Positions 40,155-50,519 of a stretch of 64,000 nucleotides of DNA are shown here, in pieces. Source of the DNA: Bacteriovoracaceae bacterium (lineage in GTDB: Bacteria; Bdellovibrionota; Bacteriovoracia; Bacteriovoracales; Bacteriovoracaceae); contig JBLWTJ010000001.1 in the NCBI GenBank assembly GCA_048270185.1, positions 224,001-288,000 of the forward strand, written 5' to 3'. The position numbers and the translations under genes are program-made. Position 1 is the stretch's first letter. The number at the start of each line of letters is the position of its first letter. A model generated the notes under the pieces. It was given only the letters and a program-made list of their open reading frames with translations. It ran no database searches and was not told the DNA's origin.

Positions 40155-41186
40155 ATGAAAACAACAATGATTAACTCGGCCGTATTGGCAGCACTGCTTT
40201 TTTCAAGTGCAGCTGGTTATGCGCAACAGGAAGATCCGTTACTAAGTGAAACTGATCAAGTTGTTCATACAGATGAAATCAATATCGACGGCTTCTACAA
40301 GAAGAAAAAGAAAAAGTCACAGGCGGATAAGATTCAAGCACTACGTCGTCAGCTCGAAGAAAAACATGAGCAGATGATGAGAAAGAATGTTGAAGATATG
40401 CGTCTACAAGAAGAGAAGCGCATTGCTAATAAGATTCAAAAGGCCCTTGAAGGTCAACTTAAGGCAATGGATGAAATCAATACTCAACAAGCAGCTCCTG
40501 TTAAAACTGTAGCAGTTGCTCCGGCAGCACCGCTGGAAGCTGGGCTTGAGAATAAGATCTCTCTTGAAACTGGCTATACAAATATTACTGGTGCTCAAAA
40601 AGAGTGGACTGCTGGATTTAATTTCAAAGGTTCAATGGAGACAAAAGTGAGCGATCACTTCTCTGCTGGTATCAGTGTTGGTTATATGAGTATCAATATC
40701 AAAGGAAATGACCTTTACGGTTATGGAAATAGTTATGGGTACGGGTATGGATATTATGGTTATAATAACAACTATAATGCTTATAATAATCAATCAACTA
40801 ATGATGAAATCTCTTATGGAGAGTTCAATTTTGGTGCATTTGGTAAGTTTTATTTCTCACGTGCTTCAAAGATTAAGCCATTCTTAAGTTTTGGTACAGG
40901 TCTTCATTTTGGAAATTTCACAATTGAAAACCCAATCAATACTTATAATGAAACTGATTTAGGTTATAAGTATCTAAGTGGTAGTGCATCACTTGGTGCG
41001 GAAGTAAATTTCGCAAAAGAATTTAGTGCTTCGATTGCTCTTACTTATGAGAAGAATATCATGGCGCTAGGTGAAGAAGCTCAGTACGATGGTTCTTACA
41101 ATAGCCAGGTTCTTAATGACCAAGCTAAGAACCTTGAAGGTGCTAGCTCATTTGCAATTGGAGCAGGAGTTTCATTCCTATTCTAG
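40155..41186 (+). CDS. Outer-membrane OmpA-like beta-barrel with N-terminal coiled coil
   Basis: Signal peptide, coiled coil, about 8 amphipathic strands, terminal GVSFLF, YGYG-rich loop. Confidence 0.8.
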   Translation: MKTTMINSAVLAALLFSSAAGYAQQEDPLLSETDQVVHTDEINIDGFYKKKKKKSQADKIQALRRQLEEKHEQMMRKNVEDMRLQEEKRIANKIQKALEGQLKAMDEINTQQAAPVKTVAVAPAAPLEAGLENKISLETGYTNITGAQKEWTAGFNFKGSMETKVSDHFSAGISVGYMSINIKGNDLYGYGNSYGYGYGYYGYNNNYNAYNNQSTNDEISYGEFNFGAFGKFYFSRASKIKPFLSFGTGLHFGNFTIENPINTYNETDLGYKYLSGSASLGAEVNFAKEFSASIALTYEKNIMALGEEAQYDGSYNSQVLNDQAKNLEGASSFAIGAGVSFLF

Positions 41187-41223
41187 TTAAGAATTAATTA
41201 ATTATTTAAACAATGTTCTCATT

Positions 41224-41257
41224 AAAGGCCCGTCTCATCATTGGACGGGCCTTTTTT
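41224..41257 (+). terminator. Intrinsic terminator
   Basis: AAAGGCCCGTC-N9-GACGGGCCTTTTTT. Confidence 0.9.
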
Positions 41258-41329
41258 ACTTTTCATAATCCCTCAATATCCATACAATATTACCAAGTTA
41301 ATTTAATATCTAAAGAAAGGACTCAATAG

Positions 41330-42622
41330 ATGATGGAACCAGTCTACATTGTTGAGGGTGTCAGAACTCCTCACGCAAAATCCGGAACAATTATTAAAGA
41401 TATTCAAGCTCCATACCTTGGTGCTTATCTTGTTCGTCACTTAATGGATGGAACTAATATCGGCGATGATCAAGTTGATGAAGTAATTTTCGGAAATACG
41501 GGAACTCCTGCAAAATATCCAAATATAGGGCGTGTTATTGCTCTAGAAGCAGGTCTTCATAAGAAAACTTCTGGTTACTCTGTTCACCGCAATTGTGCTT
41601 CTGGCTTAGAAGCTGCTTCTCAAGCATTTTTAAAGGTTGCAAGCGGACGTTGTGACGTTGTTGTTGCTGGTGGTGTTGAGTCAATGTCAAATATGCCTCT
41701 AATTTATGGGAAGCAAATGACTGAGCTTTTTGCAAAGCTTATGAAGGCAAAGACAGCTGGTGACAAGCTAAAAGTACTATCAAGCTTTAAACCTGCATAT
41801 CTTTCTCCAATTATTGCAATTGAACAAGGTTTAACAGACCCTTTCTGTGGCCTTAATATGGGACAGACGGCCGAGCTTCTTGCTCGTGAGCTAGGTATCT
41901 CGAGACTAGAGCAAGATGAGTATGCAAATAACTCTCACCATAAAGCAATTAAGGCAATTGAAGAAGGTCGCTTTGCAGACGAAATTGTTCCACTGATCTA
42001 CGGTGATAAATTAGATAAGTTATTAATGAATGATAATGGGCCAAGAAAAGAGTCTTCAGTTGAAGGTCTTGGAAAAATGAAGCCTTACTTCGATCGTAAG
42101 TCTGGGACAGTTACTGTTGGTAATAGTTGTCCAATTACAGACGGTGGTTCAGCAATCCTTTTCTGTAGTGAATCGGCCGTAAAGAAATATAACCTTGAGC
42201 CAATGGCAAGAGTTGTTGATTATCACTTCCATGGTTTAGAGCCAGAGAGAATGGGGATGGGTCCTCTTCTTGCAATGGATGGTGTCTTTAGAAGATCAAA
42301 TATGACTCTTGATCAAATGGATCTTGTGGAAATTAATGAAGCGTTTGCTGCTCAAATCATTGCTGTGAAGAAAGCATTCACTGATCAAAAGGTTGCTGAC
42401 AAGTTTGGTATCGATAAGCTTTGGGGAGAAATTCCTGATGAGAAATTAAATGTTAATGGTGGAGCTATCGCTCTTGGACACCCGGTTGGATCGACTGGAT
42501 CACGCCTTATTGTAACTCTTGCTCATGAGCTTAAGAAGAGAAAGGCTGGATATGGTGTTGCTTCACTATGTATCGGTGGTGGCCAAGGTGGTGCCATGAT
42601 TATTGAGAACTTACAAAAGTAA
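41330..42622 (+). CDS. fadI: 3-ketoacyl-CoA thiolase
   Basis: NCASG, NEAFA, GHPVG, LCIGGGQG; upstream of fadJ-like gene. Confidence 0.9.
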   Translation: MMEPVYIVEGVRTPHAKSGTIIKDIQAPYLGAYLVRHLMDGTNIGDDQVDEVIFGNTGTPAKYPNIGRVIALEAGLHKKTSGYSVHRNCASGLEAASQAFLKVASGRCDVVVAGGVESMSNMPLIYGKQMTELFAKLMKAKTAGDKLKVLSSFKPAYLSPIIAIEQGLTDPFCGLNMGQTAELLARELGISRLEQDEYANNSHHKAIKAIEEGRFADEIVPLIYGDKLDKLLMNDNGPRKESSVEGLGKMKPYFDRKSGTVTVGNSCPITDGGSAILFCSESAVKKYNLEPMARVVDYHFHGLEPERMGMGPLLAMDGVFRRSNMTLDQMDLVEINEAFAAQIIAVKKAFTDQKVADKFGIDKLWGEIPDEKLNVNGGAIALGHPVGSTGSRLIVTLAHELKKRKAGYGVASLCIGGGQGGAMIIENLQK

Positions 42623-42640
42623 TTAGGATTAGGATAAACC

Positions 42641-44758
42641 ATGACATATAAAAGAATTAGTTTTGAAATTAAAGAAAAGAGAGCCTACATTGGTTTTGGT
42701 TATAATTGCCAGGCATCAATGACTGTTCTAGATGAAGAAACTCTAAGAGAACTTCAAGATATTGTTGAAGATCTTCATACAAAGGAAAAGGAATTAGATG
42801 GTGCCATCTTCTTTTCTCATAAGGATCGTTGTTTCCTTGCTGGTGCCGATATTAAATTATTCGATACAATGCATACTGCTGCCGATGGGCAAGCTGGTGC
42901 AGAAGCAGGACAAACAATCTTTAATCGTGTTGAAGATTTAAAAATGCCAACTGTTGTCTGTATCAGTGGAGTTTGTCTTGGTGGTGGACTTGAGTTTTCA
43001 CTTGCTTGTAAATCAAGAATTGTAAGTGATGATAAATCAACTGCTATTGGACTACCTGAAGTTAAGCTTGGACTTATTCCTGGTTTTGGTGGGACGTTCA
43101 GGCTTCCTAAAGCAGTAGGTCTTCCAACAGCACTTGATATGATTCTCTCTGGTAAATCTCTAAATGGTAAGAAGGCCAAGAAGGTTGGGCTTGCAGATGA
43201 AGTTTACGCTAAAGAGAGACTCCTTGATTTAGCACCAAATCATTTTAAGAAGAAAGTTGATAAGCGCGGATTCATGGATAAGATGCAAGACGCAGCAACA
43301 GATAATGTTTTTACTAAGAAAATTATTTTTCAAAAAGCTCGTGAGTCTGTTTTAAAGAAAACGAAAGGTTTCTACCAAGCTCCACTTAAAATCCTTGATG
43401 TAATGGAAGCAGGGGTTATGAAGGGACGTTCATCTTATTTAACAACAGAAGCGCAAGCTTTTGGAGAGTTATGTATCGGTGAACAATCAAAGAATCTTCG
43501 CCATATTTTCTTCCTAATGGAGGGATCAAAGAAGATGGACGATGCTAAAGGCGTTGGGCGCAAGCTTGGCCGTGGTGCTTGTCTAGGTGCTGGTACGATG
43601 GGGGGCGGTATCGCTTGGCTTATGGCAAAGAATGATATGTACCCAATTATGAAAGACCTTAATCAACATGGATTAGAACTTGGGCTTAAGCAAGCTTCAT
43701 CAAATTTTGCAGGAGCTGTTAAGCGTCGTCGTATGTCAAAGGACGATTTTGAGCGCAAGATGCGATCAATTAGCGCTCAAACTGACTACAGAGGTTTTGA
43801 GCATACTGATCTTGTTATTGAAGCAGTTATTGAGAATATGGATATTAAAAAGAAGGTATTTGCCGAGACTGAAACAAAAGTTCGTCCTGATACAATCTTA
43901 ACTTCAAATACTTCATCTCTATCAATCCAAGAGATGTCGACAGCACTACAAGATAGTTCTCGTTTTGCAGGTCTTCACTTCTTTAATCCAGTCCACATGA
44001 TGCCACTTGTAGAGATCATTACTCACGACGGAGTTTCAGATGAAACAGTTGAGTCTCTTTATAACTGGGTTGTAAAAGTTAAAAAGACACCAGTTGTTGT
44101 TAAAGATGGACCAGGTTTTCTAGTAAACAGAATTCTAATGCCATATATGAATGAAGCTGGATTCTTATTAGAAGAAGGTGTTTCGATTAAAGATATTGAT
44201 GATGCTTGCCTAAATTTTGGAATGCCAATGGGTCCATTTAGACTTCTTGATGAAGTAGGTATTGATGTCGGAGATAAAGTTTCAAAGATTATCTTTGATG
44301 GCCTAGGGCCACGTCTTGCTTCAAATGGTATTGGTAAGCAGATGCTTGAAAAAGAATTCTTTGGTAAGAAAAATGCTAAAGGATTCTACCTATATGATGA
44401 AAAAGGTAAAGTTACTGGGCCTAATCAAGAGGCCTGGAATATGCTACCAAAAGCAACAAAGAAAATGAGTGAGACAGAAATCCAGATGAGAATTTTCTTA
44501 CCAATGATTAACGAAGCTGCCACAACTCTTGAAGACAAGATTGTTTCTAAGGCTAAAGATGTTGATTTAGGTCTTATTTTTGGAATTGGTTTTCCTCCAT
44601 TTAGAGGTGGACTTCTGAAATATGCTGACACTCAAGGTATTTCTCGTCTTAGAGATGAAATGCTTAAGCTTGCAGAAAGTACAAATAAAGATCGCTACAC
44701 ACCTTGTGAACTTATTAATAAGCTTGCAAGTGACAACGCAAAGTTCTACGAACTTTAA
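42641..44758 (+). CDS. fadJ: Fatty-acid oxidation multifunctional enzyme (enoyl-CoA hydratase / 3-hydroxyacyl-CoA dehydrogenase)
   Basis: AGADI, GGGLE, PEVKLG, GAGTMGGG, HFFNP, GFPPFRGG. Confidence 0.92.
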   Translation: MTYKRISFEIKEKRAYIGFGYNCQASMTVLDEETLRELQDIVEDLHTKEKELDGAIFFSHKDRCFLAGADIKLFDTMHTAADGQAGAEAGQTIFNRVEDLKMPTVVCISGVCLGGGLEFSLACKSRIVSDDKSTAIGLPEVKLGLIPGFGGTFRLPKAVGLPTALDMILSGKSLNGKKAKKVGLADEVYAKERLLDLAPNHFKKKVDKRGFMDKMQDAATDNVFTKKIIFQKARESVLKKTKGFYQAPLKILDVMEAGVMKGRSSYLTTEAQAFGELCIGEQSKNLRHIFFLMEGSKKMDDAKGVGRKLGRGACLGAGTMGGGIAWLMAKNDMYPIMKDLNQHGLELGLKQASSNFAGAVKRRRMSKDDFERKMRSISAQTDYRGFEHTDLVIEAVIENMDIKKKVFAETETKVRPDTILTSNTSSLSIQEMSTALQDSSRFAGLHFFNPVHMMPLVEIITHDGVSDETVESLYNWVVKVKKTPVVVKDGPGFLVNRILMPYMNEAGFLLEEGVSIKDIDDACLNFGMPMGPFRLLDEVGIDVGDKVSKIIFDGLGPRLASNGIGKQMLEKEFFGKKNAKGFYLYDEKGKVTGPNQEAWNMLPKATKKMSETEIQMRIFLPMINEAATTLEDKIVSKAKDVDLGLIFGIGFPPFRGGLLKYADTQGISRLRDEMLKLAESTNKDRYTPCELINKLASDNAKFYEL

Positions 44759-44773
44759 TCTTGTCGATAGCAG

Positions 44774-45940
44774 ATGTTTGTAAGCTTCTTTAAATTTTTT
44801 TTAAGTTATTTATTTAAGGCAAAGACTCGTCAAAGGCTATTAATTATGGCCTTGGCGAGTCTTGTTATTTCAAGCTTCTGTTTGTTAAGTGTTCAGTCTG
44901 TTTTAAAAGGTCTCCAGTCTAATCGAATAGAAAGAGGGAAGTTAACGCTTGGACGCTTTATTATTGATTATGATCAAGGTGAGAAATCAGTAGAAGAGAC
45001 GCAAGAATTTTTAAACTCTAAAGATCTTGAATATGGATTTGAATATGAACTAGAAGGTTTGATTAGACTTGAAGGTTATTTGGCTCCAGTTATTTTTCAT
45101 GGTGTCCTAGATTCTGTAAGTAATAAGCTACCTAAGGGACTAAATCGCTGGCCTACTCGTAATGAGATTCTTCTCTCTCCATATCTTGCTCGTAAAATCT
45201 ATGCAGGCATTGATGATAAGATTATGCTAGTTTCGCCAGCTCATACTGATACTTTCTTTGGTGAGCTTCCTCGCTTTAAGACTCTAATGATCCAAGGCTT
45301 CACTGATTCAATGGATCCTGATATCGATGAAATTCATGCATGGGGACATGCTTATACTGCTTTCTCGATTGTAAAAACTCGTAAGTATAATAAGATAAGA
45401 ATTTATAGCGAATTGAGTCCGCTTTTATTAAATGAAGTTAAATCTTTCTTTGGTAGTGGTGTTTATTCATGGGAAGAGCTTAATCAAAATCTCGTCTATG
45501 CTCTCGCTCTTGAAAATAACGTTGTACTCTTTTTATTTCTTGCCACAATTCTCTTAGTCACTTTTTCTATTATATCAGGCCTAAGTATTTTCTATGCTCG
45601 TGTTAGAAATGATTTTGCATCATTTTGGATTTTAGGAATGAGCATGAATCAAATCAAAAAGTATGGTGGGCTCAATATTGCAATCATTACAATTATTGCA
45701 ATTATATTTGGAAACCTGCTAAGCTTTGTAACTCTTAAGCTCTTTGCGAGCTTTTCGCCAGTTATCATGCCGGCAATGTTTGTAGATCGTTCACTTCCTG
45801 TAAGATTTGAATTATCTTCGTTCTTTTTTTCATTCATTATCCCTACATTTATTACGGTGGTCTTCACACTATTTTCAAATTGGCGTTTCTTTAAAGATAA
45901 CGGCAGCTTTATTGGCTTTGTTAAAAAAGTTGGAATGTAG
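44774..45940 (+). CDS. LolC/E (FtsX-like) ABC transporter permease
   Basis: 1+3 TM topology, large periplasmic loop, SWEELNQNLVYALALE, LP near C-terminus. Confidence 0.8.
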   Translation: MFVSFFKFFLSYLFKAKTRQRLLIMALASLVISSFCLLSVQSVLKGLQSNRIERGKLTLGRFIIDYDQGEKSVEETQEFLNSKDLEYGFEYELEGLIRLEGYLAPVIFHGVLDSVSNKLPKGLNRWPTRNEILLSPYLARKIYAGIDDKIMLVSPAHTDTFFGELPRFKTLMIQGFTDSMDPDIDEIHAWGHAYTAFSIVKTRKYNKIRIYSELSPLLLNEVKSFFGSGVYSWEELNQNLVYALALENNVVLFLFLATILLVTFSIISGLSIFYARVRNDFASFWILGMSMNQIKKYGGLNIAIITIIAIIFGNLLSFVTLKLFASFSPVIMPAMFVDRSLPVRFELSSFFFSFIIPTFITVVFTLFSNWRFFKDNGSFIGFVKKVGM

Positions 45941-46057
45941 GCCAAAGCCTCTAATTCTTGGCTGAGCTATAAATTGTTGCTTTATGTAAGTTATTGATTT
46001 TATTTGCTTCAATATTAAATGTTTATGTAAAGTTCAATTGTTGACGATAATAGATAT

Positions 46058-49000
46058 ATGAGGGGATTTTATTGTCAATTATTTATAGTTACACTTGCTC
46101 TCTTGCCGTGGCCTACCCTGGCCTCTAGCAAATGTATGCCTTCAGTTGATAGTCCAATAAGTGACTATGCTGCAAACCCTGATAGTTTTCTTATCTCTCA
46201 ACGCTTTCTAGGTTGTCTTGATCCTAATGAACTTAGAAATCTTGGGATAAATTCTCCGACTCTTTTAACTAAGGATCAGGTTATTGAATACTATATGCCT
46301 CAATTTTCTTTCAATGATGATGATAAGAAGGCCCAGAACTATATTAGAACACGTACCTATATCAATGCTAAGAATACATCATTCTTTGAGCGAATGGGGG
46401 GAGCGAATTTTAAACTTGAAAACTTACTAGATACGTTAAATGGTGCATCGATAAATAAGACAGATTGTGGCTGTATGCCACAAAACGACCTTGATAGACT
46501 CTATTTTTCTGCAATTGATGAAAAATTAAAACATGTTAAAAGAAGGTTTCGAAGACATTCAAGGAGATTGGTATCTAAGCAGTATGAGCAGTTGGCCCAT
46601 GATTTTTTATCGATAAGTTCACTCGTGTCCCAAAAGCTTATTAAGCCCGAAACTGCACAAAACCTTTTTGCACAATGTACTATTAGTAAAATGACTGAAA
46701 GAATAAAAGAAAAGCAAGATATGTCAGATGAATTAAAGTCTTGTATGGATGAGCTTGGAGATGAGCCTTTAAAAACATTAATTGGCGATCGAATCTTAGG
46801 GCGGTTTCAGTCAGTAGTAGAAAATAAACCTATGGGCTCATGCATGCCATATCGAGCTTATCTTGATATTACTATGAGCTCTAGTATTGATGAGGCCATT
46901 CCATTTGTTTCAAACCATAAGGCAAATCGACAAAGACGTGCAATTCTAACAAATATATCAAATGGTGTTGTTGGCAATAATAATAACCTACAGAATGCTC
47001 AGCGCTATTCTAGGCAAGTTAACCAATCAATTTTCACTCGTTATCTTAGTAGTGATGACTATATTCATTATCAAATTGAACCGGCCATGGCCCATATTCA
47101 ACCTGTTGCAGCGACTTTAAATAAATTGCGCGAAAAAATTCCTGATCACTTAATTCAGAAAATGATTAGACTGCCCAAGGATTCCCATGCATTGAGCCCT
47201 GGTATGAGTGAGATGATTGATAAGGTTCTAGCACTTCCTGAGTTTCAGGAAGCGATTAAAGCTGGAGTTATTGATATTGGCGATCGAAGTCTACGTTATA
47301 TTGTCGCAGACAAGGTTAATGAAATTATTGCTAATCCTGATTCATGTAGTAGTACTTTTTGTGGTGCCAATATGTTATCTAGTTTAACTAATCTCGTTAG
47401 GGGGAACCCTCCACAAGATGATAGTATTACAAAGTATGTAGCAGAATTAAAATCAAGCTTTCTTAATAAAATTGTTCGTAGTGAAGATTTAATGGATAAG
47501 ATTGTGGCCGGGACAATTGAGAAGTGTGAGGCCCTTGCAGATCCTGAGGTATTTACACAGTTGGCCTGCCCATTTGCAGCTAATCGACCTGAAGTTTTTG
47601 TGACAAGTGGCCGTGAGGATTCAAGTCTACTTAAGATTGCTCGTGCTCCTGCGGGGTGTCTTGAGAAAGAAGAGAATGACCATAAAAGCTATGAAAATAA
47701 AAAGCTAGATTCCGATATCGTTAATAAATTAAGACATTTTGACACAAGGGCCGGCTTTGCTCCAAATATATGTAGTAATGATTTATTTGCAATCCCTAAA
47801 GAGTTTAATGAAGCATTTTGTCGTGATATAGACAATGTTTCTTGTGTTAAAGGTGAGGATTGCCAGGAAAAAACGCAAGATTTAATTTCTAAAAGCTTTA
47901 ATAGTGCTGTTTCTAATTCTAAAGAATTAATTTCTAATCTTAAAAACCAATTTAATGATTGTTCAAATGAGAATGTAAGAGGATGTTCTTATATTAAGCG
48001 TATGGAAAATATTTTAGCTAAAGAGCCAATTAACCTAGAGGATTTAAATGAAGAGGCAAGGAGCCTTTATGTTTCCTTGGCCGAAGATAATAGCTTCTTA
48101 AATCCACCTTCTGCAGATCTAATCGATATCTCATCAAACTTGTTAATGGTTACAGGTTCTTTGAGGAGATTGGAAGAGCATAAAACGATAAAAGAAAATG
48201 AACGTACTGAAATATATCGAAATCGTGACGAAGAAGATGATGAAGTAAAGGTTAGTCAGATTATGGTTTCTGGTAACGTACAAGAAGTCGATAAAATAAT
48301 TAAATCAATTTCAAAGAGTGGAGATATTAGTCGATCGATAAAAGAGTATGAAGCTCATGTTAGTAATGTTGTTGTGCCCGTCGTAGGTGATAATGTTGTT
48401 GAACCTCAGGTTGTAACACCAAATAATATTTCTTCAAAAAATTATGATGTTCAACAATCAAGTGACAAATTAAAGAATAATGCATTCACCCCACAAAAGG
48501 ATATTTTTAAGCACAATGAGAAAGACAGTCAATATTCGTCACATGGTGTTTCTCAACAAATTACGACATCTTCTTATGAAGATAAGAAATCAAATACAAT
48601 GAATCAAAAAAATAATACAAGATCAACTGGAGCGGGTTCAGTTGAAAATGGTGGATTCAATGTAGATTTGGCCGATTCTTTTGATCCTGAAATCGCACAA
48701 AGAATAAAAGAGGTTCATGATCTAAAGTCAACTCTTGATCAACTACAGAATGACTTTACAAAAAAACCAGTTAATCATGGAAATAACATAAATAAAATAA
48801 ATAAAAAGAAGAATGAAGTCGCATCCAACTCTCAATCAACATATAGTAATACTTCAAACTCTAATAATGCAATTAGACCTTCTTCAGGTCAGTATCGCAA
48901 AAGTTTAAATCGTCCAAATAAGTCACAAAATATTAATTCAAACAATACTGCGACAAGTTCCGGTGTTGAAAATACCTCATATAATCCAAGTTCCACTAGC

Positions 49001-49657
49001 GCTAGTGGCCGCTCAACAGTAGCTTCAGGCGCAGGTGTTTCAATGGGATCGGGGGACTCTAAAGCATCTGCTGGAGGCGGTTCTGCCCTTAAGGGAGGAA
49101 GAAAAGAGGGACGATCGATTGCTAGTGTTGAAGATAGTGAAGTTACAAATGAAGATAATATTGTATTTGCTAGTGGAGAATTGCCAATGCTCTTTAACGA
49201 AAGTGCCTTCCAAGCAAATTTTACTAATATACTAGGCTACCCTGGAGTTTTAGGTCATCGAATTAAGACTCTTGAAGTAAAAGTTAATACATCAGGAGAA
49301 AAGAGGTATCTCTTAAATACATATGATTTTAAACCCAGTGATTCTTTAAAAAAGTATCTATTAATAAGTGATGTGAATGCACAGAGAAGTGAAATCGCTA
49401 AAAACTTTAACAAATTATATGAGCTAAGAAGCGATAAAGAAAAGAAGATTCAATACCTTTACGATATTGGAGATGAGGATTCATTATCTCAGATACCACT
49501 TTATCGAAAGAAAATTTCAAATATTAATAATGTCCTCACAAGATCGATAAGTAGTGTGGAGTTAGTAAGCAGTGAAGAAATAAAAAACTCTAAGAATATT
49601 AGTTCCTATCTCAAGAATATGAAGTCCAATTCTGATATTATGAGTCTTTTCCGCTAG
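46058..49657 (+). CDS. Large secreted Cys-rich protein with Asn/Ser-rich low-complexity region
   Basis: Signal peptide, many Cys in the N-terminal two thirds, NS-rich region ending GRSIAS. Confidence 0.75.
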   Translation: MRGFYCQLFIVTLALLPWPTLASSKCMPSVDSPISDYAANPDSFLISQRFLGCLDPNELRNLGINSPTLLTKDQVIEYYMPQFSFNDDDKKAQNYIRTRTYINAKNTSFFERMGGANFKLENLLDTLNGASINKTDCGCMPQNDLDRLYFSAIDEKLKHVKRRFRRHSRRLVSKQYEQLAHDFLSISSLVSQKLIKPETAQNLFAQCTISKMTERIKEKQDMSDELKSCMDELGDEPLKTLIGDRILGRFQSVVENKPMGSCMPYRAYLDITMSSSIDEAIPFVSNHKANRQRRAILTNISNGVVGNNNNLQNAQRYSRQVNQSIFTRYLSSDDYIHYQIEPAMAHIQPVAATLNKLREKIPDHLIQKMIRLPKDSHALSPGMSEMIDKVLALPEFQEAIKAGVIDIGDRSLRYIVADKVNEIIANPDSCSSTFCGANMLSSLTNLVRGNPPQDDSITKYVAELKSSFLNKIVRSEDLMDKIVAGTIEKCEALADPEVFTQLACPFAANRPEVFVTSGREDSSLLKIARAPAGCLEKEENDHKSYENKKLDSDIVNKLRHFDTRAGFAPNICSNDLFAIPKEFNEAFCRDIDNVSCVKGEDCQEKTQDLISKSFNSAVSNSKELISNLKNQFNDCSNENVRGCSYIKRMENILAKEPINLEDLNEEARSLYVSLAEDNSFLNPPSADLIDISSNLLMVTGSLRRLEEHKTIKENERTEIYRNRDEEDDEVKVSQIMVSGNVQEVDKIIKSISKSGDISRSIKEYEAHVSNVVVPVVGDNVVEPQVVTPNNISSKNYDVQQSSDKLKNNAFTPQKDIFKHNEKDSQYSSHGVSQQITTSSYEDKKSNTMNQKNNTRSTGAGSVENGGFNVDLADSFDPEIAQRIKEVHDLKSTLDQLQNDFTKKPVNHGNNINKINKKKNEVASNSQSTYSNTSNSNNAIRPSSGQYRKSLNRPNKSQNINSNNTATSSGVENTSYNPSSTSASGRSTVASGAGVSMGSGDSKASAGGGSALKGGRKEGRSIASVEDSEVTNEDNIVFASGELPMLFNESAFQANFTNILGYPGVLGHRIKTLEVKVNTSGEKRYLLNTYDFKPSDSLKKYLLISDVNAQRSEIAKNFNKLYELRSDKEKKIQYLYDIGDEDSLSQIPLYRKKISNINNVLTRSISSVELVSSEEIKNSKNISSYLKNMKSNSDIMSLFR

Positions 49658-49660
49658 GTT

Positions 49661-50467
49661 ATGAAAGCAATATTAATGTCCCTGTTGATAGGGAGCGTTC
49701 TACAGCTAAGTTCTCATTCTCAAAGTATAGTTGGTATTAAATCCACCGATAAAATAAAAAGCATTCGTATAAAAGCTATTTTCAAAATTGATGTCTTTAA
49801 AGATAATGAAGTTATTTCACGAGGAACTGCTTTTGCTATTAATAAGAAAGGCCAATTAGTTACGGCCAAACATATTATCGAAGAATATTTAAAGCACCAT
49901 AAATCGATTGGCCCTTCATATCGTATTGAGGTAATGGCCTATAATGGTAGAAAGTTCAGTCTGAATGCTATTGATAAGAATTGTGATACAAGTAAACTCA
50001 ACTTAGATCTATGTATTCTTGAGTTAGGTGTTGAGGCAAAGTATTATATCCCAATTAATGAAGGTCGAGAACCTTTGCGAGGCATTTACATTGATCCTTT
50101 TTCGGATACAAATTCTCATCATCGCTTCTTTACATTTGGAAACCCTGCTGAAGGTTATTTTAGGTACCTCGAGTATCGTCTGATTCGTTATCATAATGAA
50201 CCCAAATTAACGATAAGAGGCAGCTATCAGAGTACAAGTTATAATCATATGACGCCATTGCTGGATTTAACAGAGTATCCTTATATGAAAAGCACCAAAG
50301 GATACAGCGGTGCTCCACTTATCGATTCCCGCGGCCGCCTCGTTGGTGTCTTATCTCAGTCATGGGAGAGGCTTGCATCTGATAAATATGTAGGTCAACA
50401 TAAGAGCTCTATAGCGATCCCGTTCAGTTATATTAGTAAGTTTTACTTGAAGTACACATCTCAGTAA
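49661..50467 (+). CDS. Secreted trypsin-like (S1) serine protease
   Basis: GTAF, VTAKH, DLCIL, GYSGAPL..LVGV. Confidence 0.88.
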   Translation: MKAILMSLLIGSVLQLSSHSQSIVGIKSTDKIKSIRIKAIFKIDVFKDNEVISRGTAFAINKKGQLVTAKHIIEEYLKHHKSIGPSYRIEVMAYNGRKFSLNAIDKNCDTSKLNLDLCILELGVEAKYYIPINEGREPLRGIYIDPFSDTNSHHRFFTFGNPAEGYFRYLEYRLIRYHNEPKLTIRGSYQSTSYNHMTPLLDLTEYPYMKSTKGYSGAPLIDSRGRLVGVLSQSWERLASDKYVGQHKSSIAIPFSYISKFYLKYTSQ

Positions 50468-50519
50468 TTGTTCTCATTTTGTATTTATTATCTTAAATCG
50501 TTTACGTTATAATTATTAG

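Noticed and set aside
40714..40790. TA(T/C)GG(N) tandem units in the OmpA-like gene
   Set aside because: Encode a YG-rich loop with varied codons; not a contingency repeat
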